This document shows, piece by piece, positions 42,256 to 54,779 of a stretch of DNA of 64,000 nt; position 1 is the first letter of the stretch; every line of letters begins with the position of its first letter. The notes below the pieces were generated by a model. That model was not told the origin of the DNA. It saw only the letters and a program-made list of their open reading frames with translations, and made no database searches. Origin of the DNA: Veleropilina oligotropha (taxonomy: Eukaryota). Location of the stretch: NCBI GenBank assembly GCA_048128005.1, contig JBEUKZ010000062.1, forward strand, positions 124,001 through 188,000. The letters run 5' to 3'. The translations under genes and the position numbers were made by a program.

Positions 42256-42372
42256 ACAACTCGTGCCAAAGGCAACTCGTGCCAGTCAAGATAACTCGTG
42301 CCAAAGACAACTCGTGCCTGGGGCGAGGCAACTCGTGTCACGGCGACTAAAACTCGTACTGTGAAACTCGTG
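42256..42372. repeat. Cluster of about seven AACTCGT(GCC) short direct repeats
   Basis: CAACTCGTGCC-like units with short variable spacers, typical of DNA-transposon subterminal repeats. Confidence 0.65.
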
Positions 42373-43160
42373 GATGTAAAATAAAATCTAAAGAAAGTAA
42401 ATTACAGGATAATAATTTATTTTATAGCATTATATAAACGGGCATATTTATAATGTCATTACGGAAGACAATGTTGAACACTGACTTATATATAATCAAC
42501 TTTGAATGCGTACTGCCGAAGCGCTAGTACATTTCCTTCCTTAGCGTTCATGTTAAACTTTGAACGCGTACTGCCGAAGCTAGTACATTTTTTCCCGTAG
42601 TGCATTTCTTGTTAGCGTACATATTTATGGACAAGTGGTTTATTATAGCTTTTAGTCCTGCTACCACATATTGCCAACAAAATTATGACAAGCGCACGAA
42701 GTGAATATCATAAATAACCGAAAATGTGCCAACTATCCATAATAAGTATTAAGCTACGTTCAAAAGACAAAGTACTGTACGACAGTTTAGGTTCGATTAT
42801 AAAATGCCATTGCTACATACTAGAGCGCAGCATTTGCAGACACAATGGTAAACTTCAGGAACTGTTTAATTTAAACGCTTTTAAAGGTACCGCATTTTGC
42901 CAAAATACATATATTGATTCAACACCGTCATGAGATTTATTATAATTCAAAATCAAAGATAAGCACGATGGAGATATTATTCGCATGAAATTCTATATAA
43001 CAGGTTTTAATTTATTTAACCAACAAGGATATATAGGCCAAATAATGCGAGTAATGTCATCCAACCACTGACATTAACATATATAATATATAAAATAAAC
43101 AGGAATTCAGTAACAGTAAAATGGTGATACTTACTTGAGTGATATGAAAGTAGGAGCAAT

Positions 43161-45992
43161 TTACTCATGTAGGATTTCCAGATGTCCCTGCTGCCAGTCG
43201 TCTACAAGGCGGTATGTGTAGACGACATCAGGTTCGTTGGTGTAGACCACGTTGTGCCACTCTGGAAATCCTGGGACATGAGAAATTACTCTTCCTGGGT
43301 AAGACTGAAGCCCCTCATCGGTTGAAAATGTGTGATTAATAAGTTTACCTGAAAGGACAGGCATCCCATACTTACCGCACACACTTTCGATATCAGATGG
43401 AGTTGATAATGATGAGCCGATGAGGGTCTTCACGTTTTGAAATAACTGATGAGATGTATGGTTTTTGCCTTTGACAGAAAACTGAAATATAGACTTGTCA
43501 GCTGCCACCTGACCAAGCATGTGCCTAGGGGATCTGAGCTGCGCTTTGAGAGCATCTACACGCTGCTTCTCAGTCGTCAGCCCAGCGAGGCACCGCTCTG
43601 CGTCTGCAGTAGTCTGCCAAAGGCCCTAACCAATAATGTCCACAGTCATGCTCTCTTTCTTTCGGATTGCCTCGGCCGTTCGTCGTATGATTTTTAATCG
43701 TTTCTGCTCCATTGCTGCCAGACGAAGACGTGATATTTCCTGTTGCCGTTGTTTGAAACGGACCGTCTGTTCGGATGTAAAGGCTCTAGCAGCAATGAAA
43801 ACAGAATCCTTAAACGAACAATCCTGAGATTGCAGCCAATCGCCTGTGGCATTCATTTTGAAAGTAATGGCCGCTTCAGTGGTGAGAACAGTGGCGGATG
43901 GGTGTGCCCGGATTAAACGATCTAAGTGGGAAAAGACAGTTTCTGGAAGTTTATTATGACAGATTGCTGAAGCAGATTGTTCGTTAGTTGAGGAGACGCT
44001 ATCATACTCAGAAATGATTTTAGTGAAATATTTGTTAAATGCTTTGAACATTACTTCTAAAATGTGAAACAAGGTATTGTTATTTGTTGCTGCCTCAAAT
44101 AACTCAACATATCGTCCTCCTTCACCTGGACCATGCGGCATAACGGCGAGGTGTCCATTGCAATGAAGTCCTCGATGTTGGCAGAAAGGAAGAATTCTGC
44201 TAACCGCGAATACACGGACTTCATTTCAAGAGCATTAATTCCTCCCTCCATTACACTCCACAATGGACCAGTCACAAGCTTATCTACAATACCAAGCGCT
44301 TGGCATTCAACTGCATACTCGGGCACGTGGGCATCAGACATGACACTCTGCAGCAGTTTGTTGTCGCAACCGTAGGCATCAAAAAAAGCTTGTATGTGTG
44401 AGAGAAGGTGATATATTGCACCACCGTTGTGAAACAGAATGTTGAACCGATTGCCATGAAAAGGTGCTAACGGAGATTTCAGGATATTTCGAGACTTTAA
44501 AAATAAAGCAAACTGTATGAAACATCCCGATTTCTCTTCGGCCCCTTTACAAAATCTTTGCATGCCGTTCTAACAAGCCTTACCGCGCCACTTTCCCCAG
44601 GTTGAACGTAACCAACGGTCCTGGCAGCACCTACCGCTTCCTCCCCAAAGTGCGCCGTCTCGAACTCCCTGAGTACTAGTGACGCGGCATCAGCAAGTCC
44701 CACAAGGCAATGCAATCCACAAAAGAAATTATTCATATTCGCATGCAAGCGCCGCTCATCGATCGGCAATTCCAACCAGTTCGGAATCAGATCAGATATA
44801 ATGCCTTCGCGATACGTTTGCAATAGCGAATTAAATAATTTCTCTGTGCTAGCACGGTCCGACATGGTGTTCCTCCACATATGCACAATAGACTTTGAGG
44901 GTGCACTCTTCGAGGCAAGATCCATATCGTCCAATATTTCTAAAAATGTTGATAATGTAGTTACTGCTGATTTGTCCGCCATTGTTCTCACACCAAGAAT
45001 ATAACTCTGCGACTGGCTGCTAATGCCGTATGCCCCATACTTGGACCGGTGTTTGGTTGTTTCGTCGGTGTATAATGTTGTATCAACACAGGTCGACAAT
45101 GCCTCCGCCACTTGCATGTTGGAAATAGCCAACCGGTCTCGACCAATCATCCCAACGCAGTTTCGTTCGGGAAGCCGGTCAGGTTACCAAGGCGAAGGCA
45201 GGATGAAATGACAGGGGCCACGTTCTGATCCGATACGTTCATATCCTTCAGAGCCATTACGCATTCTACGGTCTCTGGAGTGTACCTGTGACTGGACGTA
45301 TCGTAAAGACTGATAGGTTTGGGATCGGTGGTGGCTGATTCTGGCACTGTATTCGAGATGATATCATGGAGTTTGGAAAGTTTTAGTGTGAGTTTCTTGT
45401 TTTCTGCGGAAAGAGATGTGGATGATGTGCGAAGTGATTGTATACGTTTGCGTGTTCTGGCGTGCCGCTTGTGTAGTTTGGTGATTTGTGCGTGTAGTGC
45501 TCTCTTGTCCATGACGTGTTTGCGTGCCCGCTTGCGTGTCTGTCCTAATTGCATGCGTAAGTTATGTGTGTATTTGTCTGTGCCAGTTTGTTTTTCTTGC
45601 GTTGTGCCTGATATCGTCGCATGCCTGCAGTATGTATGGAACGCTAAAGGGTCGTGGTCGGGTGGTGTTTGTTGTCCTGTAAACGTGAAGGGCTCGGTCA
45701 TGCACTGTGTGTACCTTTCATAGTGTGTGAGTGATTGTCTGTGATATTTGCGCAGTCCTGCAAGTGTACTGCTGACCTTTCGTAATTTAAATGTCAGTGC
45801 ATTTTTGTTTACCTTACCGGGATCTATAAGTTTTTCAATTATCTGTATAAGTGTGGAAAGACATGTAAATCGGTTTGATAGGTTGATGATAAAATCGTTT
45901 GTGATATATTTGGGTGATAGTTTGTTTATGTTGTTGATGTTTATTGGATCAGATATGTTGGCAAAGCGATAAATGCACTCTATATTTTCCAT
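43161..45992 (-). pseudogene. Frameshifted DDE transposase (CxxH-type, hAT/P/MULE-like supergroup) with C-terminal Spin/Ssty Tudor-like domain
   Basis: Five consecutive minus-strand ORFs: TDETTK (D), TMSDRAS (D), FFCGLH (CxxH), GNRFNILF, HNKLPETVF (E), then a Spindlin-like terminal domain in 43161..43520. Confidence 0.75.
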
Positions 45993-47199
45993 TGAAAAGT
46001 GAAACGAGTAGCTTCAGGCAATGAATGGAAAATGAAAATAAACGGATACACTAATTAGCCACCACCGATCGTTAAAGCGCTGTAACTAATGAAATGATGT
46101 TCAAGCTGCTGAAATATTTAATTAATGATATATGTTCAGCAATAAATTAAGTGAATAGTTATTTTATTATCGGTCTAGATAGTCCTCTGGAGCTCAATTG
46201 GTAGAGCGTCAAAATACGAAAGCGGGACAGCAGTTACTCGTCCTTCGAACGGAGACGTTAAACTGAAGCTCAGTCTTCCATATATAAATGAAATATTTAT
46301 AAACGAGGCCAATTCACATATAATATGTGCTATAAAAGGATTGTCTGGTCAGATAGAGAGCAGTGAGTGGAACATGCGTACAAATTTTGACCGAAGGTGT
46401 TAATATAAGGGACCAAACGAGGTACCTATTAGAAACAGAGTTTATTCTATGACTTGCTATGCAACTTAAATCAATGAAATATGATATAGATTATAGAAGT
46501 GGCTTAAAATTAAATTACGAAAATGTTCGCACTAATACGCAATCCGCGTTTTTGATGATACAAAATTTTAAATAATAACCAAATGAATGAGATGGATCCT
46601 TTGACGGCGAAAAAACCAATGCAAAACGATCTATTATTAGTAATAAAATATTTGACCTTCTAAAAAATTGGTCAAAAAATATATCTTTTATACAAAATCA
46701 AATTATACAATATTATATACTGTGACCTCACGATAATAATTATAAAGTAGAAAATAAACTTACAAAATAAATTCACACGCTCAAAATCTTGTCCGATCGG
46801 AAGAGATATTAAATGTCCACTGCCGCAAAATAGGTTTGACATAGTTTTATAGAGATTAGGCGGCACGGGAAATGCTATTTCCGCGATGTTCCACACATTA
46901 ATTTATTGTAGCAGATGTGCGCGACTGTAATTACCTCGTTTTGGATAATCAGCTCTCTGAAATCATTTCACAGGTGAACTTTGCCAGGTAAAGGTGTCCC
47001 TACTAAAAATGGTAGATATGTGGTAGACGCACCTTGGTCGTAAGTTGGTAAATTGTCACAAAGATGAATATTTTTGTGTCATCGGCATAGCTCTGGGGTG
47101 TCGAATTCTTCTTTCATCAACACCGTCATAATGTACAGCTAGTTTTGGCTACGATGGGTCGGGTAGGAACATGCCTGTTTAAACGTCGTCCGTCTGTCT

Positions 47200-48600
47200 G
47201 TCCATTATGTTTTGATGAAATTTATTATGTGTGTTCTACAGTGAAAAGTTATAATCCAATGTCATTCCAAAACGGTGTGCACGTTAGTTATGGTGAAGTC
47301 ACGCCGCCTAGCGATTTTCGTCGTTTCTGGATTCAAGATGGCTGCCGTGGTGGCCATTTTGTTTTGAAAAGATTTCCTGTTTGCACTCTACATTAAAAGC
47401 TTTTAATCTGATTTGATTCAAAATTCGTTAAGGACGTTAGTTATGATGAGGACACGCATCCTAACGATTTTCGTCGTTTTAAAGTTTAAAAAGATGGCCG
47501 CCGTGGTGGTCACTTAGTTTTGAGGAGATTTATTGTGCGAGCTTGAAAGTGAAATATAGTAATCCGATTTGATTCAAAATCGGTAAAAACGTTAGCTATG
47601 ATTAGTGCAAGCCGCCTAACGATTTTCGTCATTTTCGGATTAAAGATGACCACTGTGGTGGCCAATTTATTTTGAAGAGATTTATTGTGTGCGCTCTACA
47701 GTGACCATTTCTTATCCGATTTCATTCCAAATCGAAATGCAAGTTACATATGAAGAGGAAAAGCTGCCTAACGATTTTCGTCTATTTTGGATTCAGGATG
47801 GCTGTCGTGATGGCCATTTTGTTTTGAACAGAATTATTGTGTGCACTCTACCGTAAAAACTTTTAATCCGATTTGATTCAAATTCAGCATCGACATTATT
47901 TATGAAGAGGACACGCCGTATAACTATTTTCGCCGTTTTCGGATCGAAGATGAGCTCCGTGGAGGCCATTTTGTTTTGAAGAGATTTTTGTGTGTGCTGT
48001 ATAGTGAAAATTAATAATCCGTATGATTCAATATCGGTATGCACTTTAGTTATGATGACGACAAGCCGCCTAACGATTTTCTTCGTTTTTAGAATCAAGG
48101 TGGCTGCCGTAGTAGCCATTTTGTTTTGAAGAGATATCTTCTGTGCGCTCTACAGTAAAAACGTTTAATCCAATTTGATTCAAATTCTGTGTGGCCGTTA
48201 GTTATGATGAGGACATGCCACCTAATGATTTTCGCCGATTTCAGATCCAAGATGGCCGCCGTGGTGGTCATTTCGTTTTTAAGAGATTTCTTGTGTGCGC
48301 CCTACAGTGAAAAGCTCTAATCCAATTTGACTCAAATCCATTATTCACGTTAGTTATGCTGAGAACACACTGCCTAACAATTTTTGTCGTTCTTAGACTC
48401 AATATGGCTGCCGCGGTATGTTTGATAGTTATGATAAAGATACGCTGCCTACCGATTTTCACCATTTAAGGATTAAAGATGGCCGCCTTGGTGGTCTATT
48501 TCCTTTAAGAGATTTCTTGTGCGCATCCCACAATGAAAAGTTCTAATCCAATTGGATTCCAAATCGGCATGCCTGTTAATTATGATGAGGTCACGCTGCT
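47200..48600. repeat. Tandem array of about nine diverged ~152-bp units
   Basis: GTTTTGAAGAGATT anchor near 47361, 47518, 47670, 47821, 47973, 48123 and 48275; units contain CAAGATGGC...GGCCATTTTG. Preceded by GTCCGTCTGTCTGTCC, as in Helentron/HINE-type non-autonomous elements. Confidence 0.85.
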
Positions 48601-48860
48601 TAAGTGGGGAGGAGGTAAGTGGGTGGATAAGTGTGAGGGGGGGGGGTAATTGGCGGGTAAGTGGTGAGTGTGGTGGTAAGTGCGGGTGCTAAGTGGGGGT
48701 TGGTGTGTGCTAAGTGGGGGTATTAAGTGGGGGAAGTTAAGTGGGGTTAAGTTGGGGGTTAAGTTGGGTATGTGGTGGGGAGATAAATGGTGGGAGATAA
48801 GAGGTGGGGGATAAGTGGTGGTGGGTAAAGTGGGGGGAGGGAGGTATGTGGGGGTCGGTA
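48601..48860. repeat. G-rich TAAGTGGGG-type low-complexity repeat
   Basis: Repeated TAAGTGG(G)n units. Confidence 0.75.
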
Positions 48861-50740
48861 CAAATATCCTATGGACATTTAGTACATATTAAGTAGGCTT
48901 TCTAAGGTGACCTTGACCTTTGACCTTTGATGAACTAGATAGTCGAAAATGAACTAATAAACAGAAATGCGCCAAAATTATGTATAACATTTTGCAAAGT
49001 CGAGGGGACATTCAAATGTGACCATAACCTGTTACTTATGAATTTGGTGACAATGGAAGCCATATAACTACTTGCAGTTCTAGTTAATGCTTCCATATCT
49101 AAAGCACGGAAGCCTTATGGTTATTGGAAAGATTATGAAGGCCTCCGATGCAAGAGTACAGAAGCCTTATTAAGGCTTCTGGTGTGATAGCACAGAAGCC
49201 TTATTGTTATTGTATGGACTTCCGGTCTATTCCGATTGTTATTATTATTCTTCAGACTCTGTTAAATAGCAATAACTCAAAAACTACACATGGCACATAT
49301 TTCAAGTTTTCAGATATGATATTGGCATGCGGGGGACAAATGTTGATGTGTAATTGGATCTCATTGGTCAAATATTTTGGCGGCCATGTTTAGGGTGATA
49401 GCCTATTCAAATCTCTCCTCAAAAACCACTAATCCGACAGTAGTGGAATCTTTGAAACCAAATTTGTAAATTATGGCGATGCCAATGTGTTTATTTTCGT
49501 AGCGGTACAGTGCCCAAGATGGCCACCAGACGAATTTAAAGTTTTGAAATTAGGGGTTAATTTTTATTTTCGTGAAATCCAAATAAATTTTGTAATTTCG
49601 TAATGCAAAATGTAGTTCTGATGAAAATATTTGAAAAAAGTGTGAAATGTGGAATTTATGAACATTTTAGGAATCTATCAAAATGTGTTGTAACAAAGGG
49701 GCGTAAATCCGTATCCACTCGCACCAGACATATCAAATTTTGACAAGTGAGAGAGTGGGACATTATCAACAACTGTCTCCCGGTATGTTTGATGTCGGTG
49801 AAAATTTATAGCAGTAAGTTTTGCCCTGAAGTTAAAATATTCGACTGGTTGCGATATTTCGAATAAATATTTTTTACATAACATAGAGTCTTATAATTTA
49901 CACTAATGCGCAAGCATATAGTAATCTACAAGTACCGAAAATTTCATGCGGATCCATTCAGTAATTAATGAGATCTGGCGAGTTCATAAAATTGACAAAA
50001 TGCGAAAGGTGTTTCCCTTTGTTGCAAATATGCTAAGTTAGCGTGCATTTTCGTGGTCCTTCTTCACGGCTGATTGGGTTGCACCGCGAACAGCTCATGG
50101 ATTTCACAACCAAACCAAACTCCCGTCAGAGGAGTGTAAAACTTTTTATTATTTATTTCATTTTTTCAAAGCTGTAATATATGTCTTAATAATAATTGAC
50201 GATAAATGTTATTTAAATATATACAAAATAAAGAATTATTGTCATATAGAGTTTTAAATGTGGACATATTGCATGTTCAAATATATTGAATATGTATACC
50301 TATTTCACATATGCAATTTTAAGATTAGCTAATGTCCAATAATAATGAATATGTCCGCCAATTCCACATATGCGTATTTCATTTGTGTTCGTTGTTTACG
50401 AGCAGGAGATTGCTGACTAATCCTGAAACGTTCATCTTTACTTAATCGACAACACCTCATTGAATCTGTGCCTTTGGTTGTGTGTCTGGCGATTTTGATA
50501 TTAGCGCCGACTGACTGTTGACTGAATATTTTGAACGGTTTCGTAAATCTTAGGTCGCAAAACTTTGCATTGTTATGAGTTATTAAACAACGTTCATCGT
50601 GAACAAATTTGTACACCCAGCTGCAGGTAATATTCTTCTCGATTTGCTGTTGAACGACTGTATTTGTAATACTGTCGACTATTTAGTTTCTTATACATAT
50701 TGCCTGGAATATTAGTGCCCTGTGGGCTAATGCATGACTG
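48860..50740. repeat. Diverged copy of the host interspersed repeat family
   Basis: Matches 16180-17540 and 41280-41870 segments. Confidence 0.65.
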
Positions 50741-50746
50741 AGGGGT

Positions 50747-51573
50747 AAGCGCCGTTTACACTACCAAATATAATGAGCATTAAAATAAAACGTTTTCGAA
50801 CCTGTGTAAAGGTTTTTAATTACCCCCGTTTTTTAGTTACCCCCCGGTAGCCTGAAATTAGGTTTCAGGCTACCGGGTGTTAACTTGAAATCGATTTCAA
50901 ACTACCCCCTCTGATTTCAAATTACCCCCACTTGTTTATGACCAACTGTGTATTTGATATGGTGTATTACTTTTTATATTTTTTCTCATGATAATCCGGC
51001 CGATGTGCCAAGTCGTTGGCCAGCTTAATAATGCATTTTGGCGCTTTTTCGGTACTTCCCCACAGTTCAACGATTAGCGAACCCTGCTTACTGTTAAATA
51101 GGTACTTCCTTGTTATCTCCCGCCCCACTATTACTAACTGTTAAATCCATGGGGACTAGTAACAGGTGAACCTCAGTCAGTCCAGGCTCACGGGGCGGTC
51201 CGGTGTATATACGTTTGTAAAGCCAATACAACTACGTACCCATCACGTGTATCTTATCAAGGAAGTACAAGGCAAATGCATCTTATTTCTTTGATTTTAC
51301 AATTATTTCATAATTTTTACATATTGTACAAAACAGCAACATAAGATGAAGTAAAAATAATAGTATTCTAGTTTAGTTGTGTTTAAATACATGTATATTA
51401 TTAAATAAGTGGGGGTAATTTTAAATCACAGGGGGTAGTTTGAAATCGATTTCAAGTTTACCCCCGGGGGTAGCCTGAAACCGATATCAAGTTTGCCGGG
51501 GGGGGGGGTAGCAATTAGAGTGGGTAGTTTGAAATCGCTACACCGGCTTATTTTGGTAGTGTAAACGTGGCTT
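50747..51573. mobile_element. Nested MITEs: outer ~25-bp TIR element containing an inner element with ~140-bp TIRs (50801-51546)
   Basis: Outer arms AAGCGCCGTTTACACTACCAAA and TTTGGTAGTGTAAACGTGGCTT; inner arms AACTTGAAATCGATTTCAAACTACCCCCT and AGGGGGTAGTTTGAAATCGATTTCAAGTT. Confidence 0.7.
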
Positions 51574-51840
51574 TAGTCTGGATATTTACGCCCATCAAAT
51601 CTCGGTCGCAGCTTACGTTTGACAAAAGATACGCTCAAAATGTTAGTGTTGGTATCGGGTAGGCGTAACTTGGTGCTCCATTGGTATATGCTCACATTGA
51701 TGAATAATGTTGGGTCATCGGCTTAGTCAATACCGTATTTAAGATGGTACTTGTATGCAAAGTAGTTACGGTATCACAGGAAAACTTGTATGATTTAGAA
51801 ACATTATAGGCCTATAATTATGTTACTGATTTACGTAATG

Positions 51841-51948
51841 GATATAAGCCTCAGACGATCCATTATTAAAAATATCGGACTGGCCGAGGCGCGATAGCGC
51901 CAAAGTCGGTTCGATGTTTTTACTAATGGATCGTCTGAGGCTTATATC
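51841..51948. repeat. 108-bp palindrome (hairpin)
   Basis: GATATAAGCCTCAGACGATCCATTA...TAATGGATCGTCTGAGGCTTATATC arms around GGCGCGATAGCGCC. Confidence 0.85.
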
Positions 51949-52171
51949 TTACTTAAACTATTGTTTATTATTTAACAAATTATTTGAATAATATTGATGC
52001 TCTTAAATAACACGACTACAGTGTTAATATTAACAGCTATAATAAAATATTTTAGTGCTAATTTTAATACTGAAGTCAGCTTGTTTGAACTGCGCCTTTG
52101 CAACGTCCGCGGCGAGCTAATTGTTGGCATGTTAAGGTAGTTTGCCATATGCGCGGTTCCTGTCGCGCGGC

Positions 52172-52186
52172 TATATATATATATGG

Positions 52187-52262
<76 letters not shown>
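52172..52262. repeat. (TA)n microsatellite
   Basis: Direct reading. Confidence 0.95.
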
Positions 52263-52264
<2 letters not shown>

Positions 52265-52784
52265 GTTCCCTCTCGCCACGCGGAAAAAATTGCGTCCAGA
52301 CCAATTGCTTGATATAATTTTTGTCGCCCTGTTGAGCGTTTGCCGCGCGGGTAGGAACCGGGCAAATGGAAAACGGAATGGAAAAGGTCATATATATGAT
52401 TGTGTAATATCAATGTTTGCTAGCTGGCTGCGCAGCTGCCGCGCGGCAACCGCGTAAATAGAAAAAGGCCTTAAGGCTATTGTATTAATATTGGACTGCA
52501 CGCATTTTGTGGGGAAATCTTGCTCGTTTAGATGGACCTCGCACGTGAAATTTATTTCATCTATATAGTTCAGTGGGCAGTTGTAAGGCAGGCAGCAACG
52601 TGAACACATCTACAGAAATTTATCGCAAACATTTAGGATATTTATACGGGTGCTGCCGCATCAAATCTACCAATGTTGTCGATTTTAAGTTTGATTATAA
52701 CATTCTGGATATATTACACGTGTGGATGTATTTCACGGAATTTTAAGCATATTCTTCATTTACCTGGATTATAAAAGATACCAT

Positions 52785-53198
52785 TTATCGGTCTCTGTAG
52801 TCGTTATGAAGTTCTATATATTTTTTTGTAACTCGCGGTAGTGTGGGTTGCTGGATTGGCAGGCGCCAGGGTGTTATGATTGGAATATTCGTTTCGGCGT
52901 GACAATGCGTTCTGTAAGAAGCAGTAAAAGTGTAAAGCGCTTTCGAAAAAAGTTTTGCAGGACAAGTCGATCTTGAACGCACAGCAGTTACGCCAGGGCC
53001 CACCAAATATCTACGTCGGACGCGAGTAGTCAGGATTTAAGGGCTTTGAAATGGGTCTAGTCGTATGTTATGCGGTGGTGGGTTTCGGTGCCTTGCCCAT
53101 GTATGTTCGAGAATCAGTGCTGTGTTATCAGACGATGATCCATATAAATCGCCCACTAGCCAGGACATAGCGACAACTGACAGCATTATTAATTTCAT
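52785..53198 (-). pseudogene. Secreted prepropeptide homologue with one in-frame stop
   Basis: MKLIMLSVVAMSWLVG...TALILEHTWARHRN...DPFQSP*ILTTRVRRRYL...; the frame continues into ORF 52785..53006. Confidence 0.6.
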
Positions 53199-53811
53199 TG
53201 TCTGTAAGACCGCTTCGAGTCGGCCACGTTCGATAAGCTCGTTTTGTGTCATTCTGTCGGGTACAATAGTGGAGTGAGCCTTTGCGCCTTTGATACGTAG
53301 TGCCGCCTTCATTGTTTGATAATTTTCCATTTCCGCGGTAATGAGTTGGAATTCGTCGTCAGACATCTCCCCATCGGCTAAGGCCTTTGAAATGTGGTCC
53401 CTTATGGTATTGGGCTTGCTTTCGGATAAAATACATATCTGATTATGTTTCTTTGCCTTTGCCTGTAGTCGACGGGTGATATACTTACCGCCTATACTGG
53501 CGACTCCACATGCCAGCGCCGCAAATTCAAGGCCCAACACTATCGGGACGGCAATTATCGTTGACAACAGACCAACCCCAGCGCTACCCATACCAAGACT
53601 GGCAACGACCAACGCTGCATCAATCCCATCAATAACATTCACCCCTCTTCGGTACTTCTTGTACAGTGAAGCCCGTGTATCCCTCTATTGTTCTAGTTGT
53701 ATCTGAAGCTCATTCATTTTGTAGACGGAAAGACTGTGCAGACATTCTGTCGTGCACGCCATCTAGTTGTGGATACAGCGATGGCGCTGAAGGCGTTATA
53801 GGTTTGTCAAT
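53199..53811 (-). pseudogene. PSAP/LYPQL membrane protein, copy 3, disrupted
   Basis: 5' end reads DKPITPSAPSLYPQLD; the remainder is in ORF 53037..53642. Confidence 0.75.
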
Positions 53812-54119
53812 CTCTATGTGCTGCCATACTTCTCTGCAGACGTAGATAAAATGTCTAATCTAATGTTCAAATAAAAGATATCAACCCATGGGTACATGTC
53901 TACTTTATATAAAGACCATGACCTCCGCGTGATGAATCATTAAAAGGTCTGGGTTCGACCCAATTCGCCCTCCAGTATTTGGAATAAGGAATTTCCTGAG
54001 CTGCAGTCCCTTCTTTTTGTCTGCTTCACCACAATTGAGTATGAAGTTGTGCTGAGCCGCCGTCAGACGATTCGATGGCCCTCTGGCCTGGTCCACGGTT
54101 CTGTCTCCATAAATGCTGC

Positions 54120-54775
54120 TCATTGTATCTCAAGGACTGCGGATATTGGCATAACGTGATTGTCGATAACGTTTCCCTCAGAGTCTGTGATGTTTAATTT
54201 CAACTCAGTTATTATCCCAGCTTTGCAGTCGCCGAAATTCTGGATAACTGTGGTAGTTTGCAGCTTCACCGAACATCTGTGCAGTTATAGGAACCACCCG
54301 GAGAACATTGCTAGGGGCGCCATCCTTCACATTATCAGTTGTATTTAGCTGATCGAGATGAACATGTAGGGTCGTTGTAATAGCAAACCCAACCGGTCTG
54401 TTTCCACTATAAGTCCCAGGGAGTAGCCACCCAGAAACGTTCAAGCCTATGAGTTTTATTAGATCATCGCTAATCATGAGTTCATTTCCATCTGGAACTA
54501 CGAGTCTAGCAATTCCTGTAGCAGTGCACACATCTAGCTGCATGCTATCGAGAGACTTCTTCATAGTCTTCGCGAGAGAATTGAAGCTGTAGAAACCAGG
54601 TTCCACTGGCAAAGTGTCAGTGAGGGTTTTAAAGAAGGCCCCAGCATGTACGTTATGCCAGCCAACCCAGTAGTCTATCGATCGCAGACTAACACAGCTT
54701 TCCTGCCTTGTTATATATCGGTTGCAGTAGTTTAACCGCATCCCCTGTTTGAACATTTGTTATTGTGTGAAACAT
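54120..54775 (-). pseudogene. Penton-like gene, copy 3, frameshifted
   Basis: DYWVGWHNVHAGAFFKT and DGAPSNVLRVVPI retained. Confidence 0.75.
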
Positions 54776-54779
54776 AGTT

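Noticed and set aside
42256..42372. CRISPR-like repeat-spacer array
   Set aside because: Repeats of about 11 bp and spacers under 12 bp are too short and irregular; eukaryotic context with no cas genes.
51972..52457. ORFs with YIYIYI runs
   Set aside because: Translation of the (TA)n microsatellite.
53037..53642. Genuine fusion of the PSAP membrane protein to the secreted peptide
   Set aside because: Seen only in decayed copy 3; best explained by a deletion removing the stop and intergenic region present in copy 2.
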